The notes: generated from the sequence alone by a model not told the origin. 58,801 nt of DNA, filler included, from Dugesia japonica (GCA_001938525.1; 6 parts of 6 records of this genome joined end to end with filler, not necessarily neighbours in it), one strand, 5' to 3'; counted from the whole stretch's first letter, positions 39,536-51,400 are shown. A program made the numbers and translations.

Positions 39536-39585
39536 NNNNNNNNNNNNNNNNNNNNNNNNNNNNNNNNNNNNNNNNNNNNNNNNNN

Positions 39586-39616
<31 letters not shown>

Positions 39617-41269
39617 TAATAATAATAATAATAGCTAAAACTGACAATTATTAAAATATTATTAATAAATATTAATTAATTTTCGCCAAAAAGAATTAAA
39701 ACTAGATAAAAACCTATTTTTCGAAGATATCTCCGCTCAGTAAAATCATAGAAGCTTTTAATAAGAAAAACTAGAAGGAGAAAGTGCCAGGGCAATAAAA
39801 TTGTGCCACAAGAAAACTTTACCACCACCAGAAGGGTCTAAAAAGAGAGGTTGAAGAATGGGTCAATAAGGGGCTAGAAAAGAAATATAAGACAAAGACC
39901 AGAAAAACACATGGTTTCCTAAAAATAGGTACCAAAGATAAATGAAAAACTCTAAGAAAATGTCTAAAAATTGGCACCAATACCAATGAAAAAGAAGAAA
40001 TTCAAAATAAAAATAACCGGCCAATACGGAAAGAATCGATTTGTATTGGAAAAGGGTATAAAAACCACTAACGTTTAGAAAAAATAACACTTAATTCTTT
40101 AATAATTGTGACTTAATAGTTCACGTCGCAAACAGTTAGCTTTTACCAAAAATAAATCAACTCTCGCGATAGTGAAATTATTATTGGAAATATCCAGGAG
40201 AAGATACCGGCTTTAACTTAATCAAAGAATATTGTTAAAGTAGTGTCAAAAAAAATTTTTGGATTAACAAATTAATTTTGATTTAAAACAGAAGGACATC
40301 TAGTGATTCACATTATTCGAATTCAAGAAATACTAGTTTAACCAACCCGTTGCAGAAACCCCTAGAAGTATTAAAAAAGGAATAAAAAGTAATTATTATA
40401 ATTTTTTTTATGTGAATGATATATTAAAATAAATCTTTCATAGTAAAAAAGAAATTGTTTGCCATTTTTGGTTAACCGAGTTTGACCTTTAATTGTAAAA
40501 ATCCAGCATCAAATTAATTACACTGGTGTTGATCGAATGGCATTACTGTTTTTCTTCCCTGTGCTAGAATAAAAGATTATTGATGGAACACTATGCAATC
40601 CCGAAAACAGAGATTAATAATCAACGAGTAAAATTGCTAGTCATTTCTGGGCTTGTTACTGATAAGAGTCCGTTGAGGGTACTTACATAGCACAACTGAC
40701 TATACTGATCTAAGACACATCACTCTGTCATCTACGTATGAATAACTGAAGTAGGTGTGTGGATTAGGTAAATCCGGTGAGCAGAAAGTAAGCCATGTAA
40801 TATCATTCATTTGTAATGCATCAGTGGATGAGTAACACTCACTTATATCGATTGACTATGTTTGACAGAAACAGTTTTAGTCGATTTCTAATTGTCTCGC
40901 TAACCAAAGTTTATTTCTGTGTTGACATATAAGATCAGGCAGTAATACAAACCAGTTAGGTGGCATTACAATAATCACAAATTCGAATTTTGATCACTTC
41001 TGATATTGATTTCCTCACATAACATCGAAATTTATGCTATGGACAAATTTCTTTAAGTGGAATTATGAATTGGAAATCCATTTTAATCATACCACACGTA
41101 TTACTAAGATTAATAGATTATTTTCCCCCCATTATTATTAATGTTATGATAACTATAAATATTCCTCATATTATGGTTAATATCGATATTTGGAATTGAT
41201 TATGCCTGTTATCGTTATTACTAGGGTAATAACATTTTTCTCATGATCTTTGTATCACGTTTAAATCGG

Positions 41270-41870
41270 GTAACATCATATTATAATTATTATTATGATT
41301 ATTATTATTATTATTGTTATCATCCCTAATATTATTATTAATTCTTATAGTTGATTCTATTAATTCTATTGTTTTGAGTATAATAACTAATTGATTGATC
41401 GCTCTATTATAATTATATTGCTTACTGACATCATTCTTATTATTACCATTATCTTTATGATAATTATTATCACTAATGTTATTACCCTTGATGTTATTAT
41501 TATTATTATTGTCATTAATAGTATCATTCGTTTTATTAGTATTTTTAGTATCCTCACCATCACTATTATTTTTATCACTTTTACTACAGGCATCATTATT
41601 ACAGTTATTTATTCATTTCTTTAGCATTAGGGTTTCACATATTATTGTTATTATTAGTATTATGGAAAGAATTACATTGATTAAAATTATTAATATTGTA
41701 TTACTATTCTACTATTACTTTTATTATTATTCCCACTAATTTTAATGTCATCAATTTTACTCTAAGTCCGGTTTCCTAATTCCACTAATGTTATTACTAT
41801 TAATCCCACTAATATATTTATTAGTAATTCTGGAAAATAATATTATGACTATTCATGCTATTAATTATTG
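41270..41870. repeat. Degenerate (ATT)-based trinucleotide low-complexity tract
   Basis: ATT/ATC/ACT/GTT triplet runs giving Ile-rich spurious ORFs on both strands. Confidence 0.8.
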
Positions 41871-42070
41871 TTATTTGTCTTTTCGCCATCAATATTTATA
41901 AGGAGTCCGAGAGGTAAAATTTATTTTTTTGTGACCGGAATGCATTGGTCATTTTTCTTAGCTAGGATTTATGGGTTGAGGCCCCGTACTAACCCTACAT
42001 ATATTAGTTTTTATCAGAAAAAGATACCATCTAGATGAGCCCAAATCGTTTTGACTTTATCCATGTTTAG

Positions 42071-43784
42071 ATCATGACCGCCGAATGGAGAAAAACTTTA
42101 CGAGTGATTTTAAGAGAACGTAAATCAGCACGGCGAAAACAGCTTATGGGACATTTGTTATTTCCTGACCTAATAGAATATCCAGACGAGACTGACTTAC
42201 AATGTTTCGCCGATATGTTCCCTTTGAAACACCAAGTTAATCTAGATGGCAGTGAATTATTGTTAATTGATTTATTGCAAGTGGTAAACGCTTTTAGACC
42301 GGCGCACGGTAGATTAATTATCAAAAGATATAGAAATCCCCACGACCGAGATGCTAGGGTGTTAGCAGACTAGTCTAATCTATCTAAGGAAGAGGCCGAT
42401 AACGAATGACAGTGGAACGAGGCGGGACGTCGAGAGTTTTATGAGTGGAACGGCCCAAACCGAACGCTAGAGGTATACCATACCGCTGCAGCGTTCCCAC
42501 CAATTAATAATGAGGAGTTCCGGACCACGAGTGAGTGGCGTGACGGTCCCTCTGTTGTACCAATATCTTCTGCCCACCTACCACCTTCCGGGTTAAGAGA
42601 GTTCATAACTAATACTCTTGGAATTTGCGAAACAGTGCAAATAGTGGTACTTCTGAAAATGTCTTTTCGGTTGACAATAATGTTACTGATTTTGTTCTCT
42701 TTTATGATTGTCGTAGTAAAAAAAAATACATATGTGTCTAATTAAATATTTATTTAACTAGTTATTCACATCACATTGGCATGGTCTAGTATTTAATAGT
42801 TTTATATTTGTGTGGGACTGTTTGCCATAAGTACCATGGAATTCTCATGAGTTTTAATTAATACCTTTACTAAAGGCAAACTACCTTAATGTTTGGTTTT
42901 TATTTTTAGTGCATTCTTCCTTAAATCATTCCACCACCTCCACAAAAAAACTGAGAGTCAAGCGAAGATCCTGAGATAACATGGGATCTGTATAAGCTGG
43001 CCAAACAGAGTTGGGAGGCTGACACTACCGCTGCAGCAAACAAGGTTAAGCGATATAAATCGAAATGCATAGTCTTTTGTAAGGAAGCAGAGGCATCTCA
43101 TGAGCAGGAGAGGCTCTGGAAAGCCCAAGTAGAGTGATTTGCAGCGATTATCCGGTCTCTCCATGACCAAAAAAATAAACTGGTCTCGAACATTCTTACC
43201 TTAAAAAAGGCCATGCCTTTGGAACCCATAATGATCGAAAAAGGCACACAAACTTTGCGCCCATGATTTTTTAAATTCTATTAACTTTTTAAACAAACAC
43301 AATTTTAATTTATATCGACTTGGTTTTCGGTTTTATGTTTATTTGGAAAATGTTTCTTTATGTAATTAATTATTAACAGTGATCAGACTATATTTTATTC
43401 CAGTTAATTGTTCTTCGTTTAAGTGCCATGCATCCAATTACCTAATAGCTTACGCAGTTGTCATCGTATAATACAAAAGCTGCTTCTCGAACGCCATGTT
43501 AAACGCAAAATGAGAGAGCCTTGTTGCGTCACTTGACTCAGCGTAACTGGTTGATCAAAAAACTCGATCTGATGGTTAAAAAACAAGGCAAGTTTGCCGA
43601 ACAGGCCAAAAATATTCTGAATCATAAAACAGAGTTTCTGCACCAATATATTGCCGACTTATCCAATCAATTAGAACAGGAAACGTGGACTCGCTAGAAT
43701 AGCGAGGATGATGAAGCCGCTTTGGGTTTCACATCAGAAGAGCCAACCCAATGGTTAGATCCGGGTGCTCTCAATTATATGTAG
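42071..43784 (+). pseudogene. Three decayed ORF-like blocks upstream of the Gypsy PBS (putative LTR-borne accessory genes)
   Basis: GC-richer blocks starting after AG acceptors at 42071, 42910 and 43404; frames continue through isolated stops. Confidence 0.5.
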
Positions 43785-44040
43785 TCAATTAAAAAATATA
43801 ATTGCATTTCTAGTGTATTCTGAATTTTTTTTGATAAATGGAATTAAAGGGAAAATAAGGAACCCAAAAATAAAGGTATAACGAGTGTATACTTAAAATA
43901 AACGATGGAAGTCTACCACTCTATACCGAAAATCTAAAAAAGGACTTTAGATTAAATTCTTGAACGGGTCCCCTGACAGCTGTTTTTTACCCAGCCATGT
44001 TTTTCTCCCACAAACTCAGGTGGAACCCGAACAAGAATTT

Positions 44041-44058
44041 TGGGGGATCAGGCGGAAT
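44041..44058 (+). promoter_or_regulatory. Putative tRNA-Pro primer-binding site
   Basis: TGGGGGATCAGGCGGAAT, 13/18 match to the canonical TGGGGGCTCGTCCGGGAT; 7 nt after ...CGAACA (LTR-end-like); upstream of gag. Confidence 0.5.
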
Positions 44059-45520
44059 ATGATTAAATATTTCAGGAAAATAAACATTTTTAGTGACTAT
44101 TAAATAGAGAAAAATCTTATCAAACATTATTAATGTTATTATTGAATAAATAAAACAATGATCGAACATTTGATAAATAAATTATCAAGATTGTGAAGTT
44201 ATCATATGAAAATAAATAAATAATAGAGAAATAAATTTTGGAAATTGTATTAGGATAATAAAATAAAGTAATTATAAAAAACGTTAAATGAAACAAAATA
44301 AGGAATCCGATTAAAAATAGGAAATAAAATATTAAAGAAATTGTATTTTATATTTTCAGAGATCATGTCGAGATAATCACGGAAATCATCACGGAAACTC
44401 ATAATCAAGAAGACAAATAAAACGAAGATAAATTAAAGGAATATAAAATAAGCCGATTAGGAAGAAATTAAAGGAAACCAAATTTAATAGGAAGAAATTA
44501 GGAAGAATATCCATTCATATCTATTATGGACGCAGTTATGGAAAATACGGATACCCAACTTGTAAGCTGTAATCAGAATATTGATCACCTTCGTAGAAAG
44601 CAGTCGTGACAGTTGTCTAATGACCATAACTGCAGAAATAATTGGGTATGCATTGGATATGTTTTGCGCGCATATTTAAGAAAGCCTGCGTATGGGAGGA
44701 AACAACTCGGAAGTATATTAAAGGAAGCCTACGCAAGGGAGAAAGCATAATAAAGAAAGCTTACGTGAGGAACGAAGCACAGTAAGGAAGTATATTATAG
44801 GAAGCCCACGTAAGAAAGGAAGCACACTAGAGGAAGCATAAAAGGAAAGAATTGAAGGAAGCCTGATTAGAGGAAGAATTTAAAGGAAGGGATGCTAGAA
44901 GCGTTCACCTGCACGTAAAAGGGTACTCCAACCGGGGCCGCCGATCTCTCAGAAAACTTTCGGTACTCCTCCCCATAAATTTAAGAAAGTATGCACTGTT
45001 ATCCCAGCATTAAAAAAAGAAAGAAAGCCAGAAGAGTTCGCCTATACTATCAAAAAATGGGTACTCCCACATTTAGGAAGAGATAGCCTGGCAATTAAAG
45101 GAAGAAATTAAAGAAGCATTACAGGAAGATTAAGAAAGAAAGCTAGAAGAGTTCGCCAAAAATACCGAAAATGGGTACTTTCACATTCAGGAAGAGATAA
45201 CCTAGCAGTTGAAGAAAAACTTAATAAAGGAAATCGAAAGGAAGAAATTAAGGAAGCCGGTTATGAGACTGTGATGATAAATGTGGAGCAGCATGATATT
45301 ACAGTAAATTTAAAATCAGGAAGAGAAGTGATTGTCTCCTAAGTAAAGATAGTTACAAGTAACTTTTCATTCTAAAGGACTAAATAACAAACTATCAAAA
45401 TCAAAGCCCGAAATACGATAAACAACCGACAAACCGAATATTGACTAGATAGATCCAGATTTAGAAAATAAGAAATGGATTACTAGATCTAGTTCATTCG
45501 GATTAATTAACCAGGACTCA

Positions 45521-47705
45521 TTGTTAAAGGAAATTCAAGTTAGACGTGCCAAGTCAGTTAAGAAAAAATGCAAATCTAATCTATATATCAACTCAGAAGG
45601 AAATATTTGCTTGTCAGAGAGACTAGATTTCAACAAATCAACATCCCAATCCAGACCACCAATCATAGAACCAATCAAATTAAACAGTAGCCCAAGTGAC
45701 AAAGAGAACAAAACCAAAAGGAAACAAAATCTCGAGAGCCATCATTAAATACGGATATTGTGAAACGAAGTAGAAGATTATTTGGAGGAAATCGAAGACA
45801 ACGAAAACCTAAACATTAACATAAAAGAGTTAGAATCAGACAAAACAAATAACCTACAACAAGAAAAGGAAACTACTATAATAATAAATAAAACACCCAT
45901 AATAAAATTACAAAAAGCCCAGGATAATATGAAAAACATGTCAACAAAACCGAAAACTAACAAGTGGAATGGGAAATTAAATTCGACGGTGAATACTTTA
46001 GTGGAATACCTGAGAAACTCGATGAATTTATACAAAACTATGAAATGTATGCTAAAACCTGNGGATGGGATGACGAATCCAAAAGGAAGCGATTACCAGC
46101 ATATCTGACAGGAGTGGCCAAAGACATAGAGGAAATCCGTGACACATGGGTAAAGGTAGTAGCAATATTGACCGACAATTTCCAGACTCTGAAACTCACC
46201 GGACAGGATTTTGAACAATTCACCAATAGAAAACAACAACGAGGAGAAACTTACCAGGCATATATGATGGAGCTCAAAAGACGGGGCAAATTANNNNNNN
46301 NNNNNNNNNNNNNNNNNNNNNNNNNNNNNGCCATATTTTTAAACGGATTACGCGATGAAAACGCAAAGATCATGGTAAAACTAAGTAAAACCACGACTCT
46401 TCAAGATGCCCTGACAACACTACGAATAGTGTCAGAGTGACCAAACGAACGAATTTTCAAGGGCGAAGGTCAAACGTAAGAAGCTACCCCACTTATATCA
46501 GATTTTATACCATATATTCAATCTATGATGAAAGCCTGACCCCAGGGCAAGAACGGAACAACCGAAACCCTAAACTGAATTACCTAGAAGGAAACGGAGG
46601 AGGATTTAGCTCACAACGGAATAATTGGCAAAATAACCAAGACATGCAATGTAATGCATGTGGAAGAAGAGGACACATAGCCAGGTAATGTAGGAGCAAA
46701 AGCAATAATAACAACAACCGATTTTGCATTTATTGTAAGAAAACCAATCTTAATGTAGAAACCTGCTTCTTAAAAAATTCGACCACGTGTTATGAATGCA
46801 ACAGAAGGGGCCATATGGCAAAAGAGTGCCCCAAGGGGAATCAATCTAGTTACAATAACCGTAATCAAAACACGAATCTCGATAATCTAATGCAATATAA
46901 TGAGAGATTACGACAGCGGGTAAATCAAAATAAAGGACAGGTCAATCTGGTACAACAAAGCACATTCGACAACGTGTATAATAAANTCCAACAAGAAAAT
47001 TATTGGCTCAAATGGCAAAACCAAGACTTACAAGTGCAACAAGCGAGATTGCCAAAAAGAAACCTACTTAATGAACTACACAAGAACCAATGTAACATGA
47101 TTAAAATCCATAGACAAATTTACAACCAACACGATGAAACTACGAAAGTTACTGAGATGGAGCACAAAACATTGGTTAAGCTGCCCGTATATAATACAGC
47201 AAAACCTTTACGGGATAAACTACCATTCAAACCACCATATAAACTCCTGGATGATGGCGGAGTAGTAGAGGAAACTAAACCAATTNGGCTAATGAAGACA
47301 GATTTAGTTAAACTTAATACTTTATGGATTTACCCAGAATTGGGATGTACCCTCATACAAAAAGATCTAGATCCATTTAAAGCAGCTGAAAAAACGCGAC
47401 CAATAATGGGAGAAGCCTCGGATAAATTGAAAGCTTTTAAAAAACGAACCCAAATAGCGACCAGTAAACATTGAGACCCATAACCGACCAATCGGGTATT
47501 GCGGAAGCCTCTCATAAAACCAAGAGAACTCCCACTACCGCACAAGAATGGGAACGAGAAATATTCGGATCACCATCAGTGGATGAATCTTCAGAAAGCG
47601 AAAACGAGTTAGTAATTATCAAATACTCACTACCTGCAACGAAAGAGGCAACACGGGAATAAAGTATGAGACCAGTAAAGTAGATTTAGATGAGGAAGAT
47701 GCACT
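45521..47705 (+). mobile_element. Gypsy gag pseudogene (capsid region plus three zinc knuckles), truncated by contig end
   Basis: FSGIPEKLDEFIQNYE...GWDDESKRKRLPAYLTGVA...RKQQRGET...FLNGL; CNACGRRGHIAR*C, CIYCKKTNLNVETC, CYECNRRGHMAKEC. Confidence 0.88.
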
Positions 47706-47805
47706 NNNNNNNNNNNNNNNNNNNNNNNNNNNNNNNNNNNNNNNNNNNNTTAATTAATTAANNNNNNNNNNNNNNNNNNNNNNNNNNNNNNNNNNNNNNN
47801 NNNNN
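47706..47805. other. Artificial contig-joining spacer
   Basis: N44-TTAATTAATTAA-N44. Confidence 0.95.
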
Positions 47806-47877
47806 AACGGTTACCATGGCAACGGGGGGACCCCCCCCTTGACCTACTTTGTCCTGGTGTCCTCATATCCTACTACT
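47806..47877. mobile_element. Polinton-like right terminus inserted in a pPolB gene
   Basis: Revcomp AGTAGTAGGATATGAGGACAC; GC-rich subterminal sequence; directly abuts truncated pPolB. Confidence 0.65.
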
Positions 47878-47879
47878 GA

Positions 47880-48275
47880 GATCAGCTACCTGATACTTCA
47901 AATTATGGTAAAGATCATGCCCTTTATAGTAACAGTATGAACTCAGTTATAGGGGAATTTAAAGATGAGAATAAAGGAAAGAAGTATCAAAAAAGAGTAT
48001 TTTTGAGACCGAAATGCTATAGCCTGCTTGGAGATAAGAACAGCATGAGAGCCAAAGGCATAACATTGAAGAAAACGGAAATTTCTCACCAGTCTTACCT
48101 TGACTGTTATAATGAGAACAAATCTGTCTCAGTAGAGCAATTCAGAATAACATCTAAAAACCATCAGCTCTATAGCATTAAGTCGAAAAAATTAGCGCTT
48201 ACTAATAGAGATGATAAGCACGTATGGGTAGGTAAAAATAATAGTATCCCATATGGTCACTGTAGTATTAAATAG
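47880..48275 (+). pseudogene. Polinton/Maverick protein-primed DNA polymerase B, C-terminal fragment
   Basis: DTSNYGKDHALYS..NSVIGEFKDE...FLRPKCYS...RAKGI...YLDC...RITSKNHQLYSI...KLALTNRDDK...IPYGH. Confidence 0.88.
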
Positions 48276-50200
48276 TTTTTCCATAAAACCACACATTCGA
48301 TACAGCTTGGTACCAAAACCTCAAACAAAAGTATTTATTTTGTTTATAAATGTTATTTTTAATGATTTATATTTAGATTATAATGAGAAAAGAGAAAAAA
48401 AACATTGTGAACATATAACCGATCCTCTTAAGGTACAAAAATTGTATATTGATGCATTTATTTGTAATAAAAGTTGTTATTTCATTGTTTGTCTTATTAT
48501 TTATTCATTTATAAACATATCGCAAACATGCATTGTGTATGACGTCAGAATATTCACGAAAAAGATTTTTACTTATAAGTTCTTTTTATATATATGGAAA
48601 CGCTACATACTTTTATGATTTTGAATAGAAAACGAATGTCTCTAGTAACATGTTTTTTATAGAAACCATTCATCACTAATGTTTTTTTTTAGAAAATGTT
48701 TTATTAAAAATTGTAACGCTAATGAGATTTTTTATTAAAAATTGCATCGTTAATATGTTTTTTAAAGAAAATTATCACTAGTAATATGGTTTTATAGAAA
48801 CGTTTTATTTGAATATTTTATCATGTGAATATCCCAAAGACTCCCCTCTTTGAAGTTATTTTTTTGGATAGATATATTTGATAATAAAAATATCACATAG
48901 ACTCCCCTCTTTGAATATTTTATCATGTTAATTTTATTTAAATTTTAGACTGCCCAATATCTTACAATAATATCAAAAAATATAAAGAATGCACAATATC
49001 ATACATAAATAGGAATGCAATACAGCAACACTTGCCTGGAAATTTCAATGAATGCAATAGGCATGCGACTCAGATCCAATACAACAACACGTGCCTGAGA
49101 ATTTTTTAAACTACTCAAACCTCGCAACCATAGCAGTAATCTAAAGAAAACCTATTCCGCGTAGCGTAACTATGTAAATAATACAAACTATACATGGTAA
49201 CTAAGTAAATACTCGGTAACTATGTAAAAAATTATATTTTATTCATTTCCTATTACCATAATTACAATAATTTCAATTATGATAATATAAAATTAAGCAA
49301 TCAATATATTTATTGATTGTTTAATTTCATATTTACTTAATTGCATAAAAAATTAAAATTGGAGAATTAAAAATGGAGAATTTAAAAATGGTGAGTTAAT
49401 TTCTTTTATATGTTAATTTAATGTAAATTTAGGTAAATCAAATAAAACGTTCCATTATTATATGGTCTATTATATTTAAAGGTTCCATAGTAATATCGTC
49501 TATGATATTTAAAGGTTCCATTAATATGGTGAAAAAATGTGTTAAAGATGTTTAATATGTGCTAAATAATATAAAAAATGTCATATTTTGAATAAGAAAC
49601 AGTTGACTTGAAATTCCTGACCATTTTGCGGATCTGAGTCTAGTCAACTATTGACGATGATGCCTGATTGTNNNNNNNNNNNNNNNNNNNNNNNNNNNNN
49701 NNNNNNNNNNNNNNNNNNNNNNNNNNNNNNNNNNNNNNNNNNNNNNNNNNNNNGAGCTTAGCCTAGTTAAAACTACGCAAGCTAATCGATAAGTTCAATT
49801 ATGAACGGACTCGAATTAGATGCTAAAAACTTTGATGGATTCGCTCCGTCGGACTGTACATGTCGGAAGAAGTAATGTATTGGTATGGAAGGAAAACAAG
49901 ATCCGATAACCTCCCTTATATATTGAGTGACAACCAGTAAAAAAATTCATAGATCACTCAAAATCCGAGTGATCTACAGAAAAAAATCATATATCACTCA
50001 AAATCCAAGTGATCTACTAAAAAGAATTTCTAGATCACTCATAATCCACCTGATTTACTCGAAAAATTTCATAGATCCCAAAAAAAATCACCCAAAATCC
50101 GATTGAAANNNNNNNNNNNNNNNNNNNNNNNNNNNNNNNNNNNNNNNNNNNNNNNNNNNNNNNNNNCCAGGGTGATCCAGTGTGCTACTATCTACCTACT
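48276..50200. mobile_element. Polinton subterminal region and right terminus (50200)
   Basis: Follows pPolB; clusters of short repeats (48640-48920, 49940-50108); ends ...TATCTACCTACT. Confidence 0.65.
49940..50108. repeat. Tandem array of 40-41-bp units with internal hairpin
   Basis: Units start at 49950, 49990, 50031 and 50072; unit 1 TAGATCACTC-AAAATCC-GAGTGATCTA is a perfect 10-bp stem. Confidence 0.85.
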
Positions 50201-50895
50201 CTTGCAAGAAGAATAGTGAAAGAAAATCAAAACTGTTGGGAGAAGACGAATATTGGGATTACATTTTGGAAAAAGAACTTATTAATATGAAAGATGTGTT
50301 ATACTTTGAATTCGAAATAGCCACCCTAAATTGGGAAGAGCCATGTCCATACAGTCTAATGCAGAAAATTATTATTCAATACTTTCCATGATTTTAGTTT
50401 GAGATTATATAAATTGTAGTTGGTTATAAAATAAATTTTAATGTAAACAGTTATTTTCTTTTCTTTAGTAATGTATAAGAAATATGTCAAATTAAAATAT
50501 TTTCAAATAAACAAAAAAAACAAAATTTCTATGAAAATTTTTCAAAAAAAGTTTTAATTAAAGTTTTAAATTAAATTTTAAAAGTAATGTTTCCGTGAAA
50601 GGGGGGTACTATCAATGACCTTGAAAGTTTTCTTAAAATATATAAAAAAATTTGAAATTACCAAAAATAAATTTTTAAGTAATGTTTTCGCGGGGGGTAC
50701 TATTTTAAGTGATGTTTCCGTGGGAGGCAGGGGGTTTTTGTTCTGACTCATCAAAAAAATTTTAATGGGTGGTACCTTTGACTCATCACCCCCTCCAAAA
50801 AATTAGGACACCCTGACTCACCACCACTTCCTAAATTTTTTTTGATGACTCATCGGGAGGTAGGCCCTAGTTTGGTGCGCTCTTATCTACCTACT
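50201..50895. mobile_element. Second Polinton right end (ORF fragment, repeats, terminus at 50895)
   Basis: Truncated ORF 50202-50391; AAGTAATGTTT.CG..GGGGGGTACTAT repeats; four TGACTCA; revcomp terminus AGTAGGTAGATAAGAGCGCAC. Confidence 0.65.
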
Positions 50896-51233
50896 CTTAT
50901 ATTATTTAACAATAAGAAAAATTTTAATAAAGCCTTAAAAAATAATTCTAGTTCAAAAGTTTTAAAAAACAGTAGAACTTAAGAGATAGTAAGGATAAAA
51001 CAATCAATTAAAATAAACAAAATGCAATAAACGGAAGAAAAATACTTTATAAAAATGAATATTAGCCACAAATCAAAATAACTATGAATAAAGGTTAAAA
51101 TAAATAATAAGTAAAGAAAATGGATTATTTACGAAATTGAATTTAATAACATCATAAAGTGCTGATGAAAGTCTTTATTGACACTATACATGAATCAGAT
51201 GTACATAAAATGAACTTAATAACAAAAGATCAA

Positions 51234-51400
51234 TTAAGTTTTAAACATTGATAAAATATTGAGATGAACATCTGAAAATGCAACAATTGCACATCCTACA
51301 CCTCCATCATGATTAAGAAGCTGGCTCATTTCCAACCATTGCTGAGATCTAGGATTAAAACATTCCATTGATTTTAGATTTCCTGTTCCATCAAATCCTC
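51234..51400 (-). CDS. KLHL18: Kelch-like protein (KLHL18-like), terminal exon
   Basis: GGFDGTGNLKSMECFNP...NHDGGVGCA...* (cf. KLHL18 HEGGVG); AG acceptor; 47-nt upstream intron. Confidence 0.8.

Noticed and set aside
41387-41739. Hydrophobic Ile/Leu-rich 'membrane protein' ORFs
   Set aside because: Products of a degenerate ATT triplet tract that is open in several frames and on both strands.
49940-50108. CRISPR-like array of palindromic repeats
   Set aside because: Eukaryotic context, no unique spacers (whole units repeat), no cas genes.
51161-51190. CTGATGA followed by a GTC...GAC stem as a hammerhead
   Set aside because: No GAAA after stem II and no stem I.
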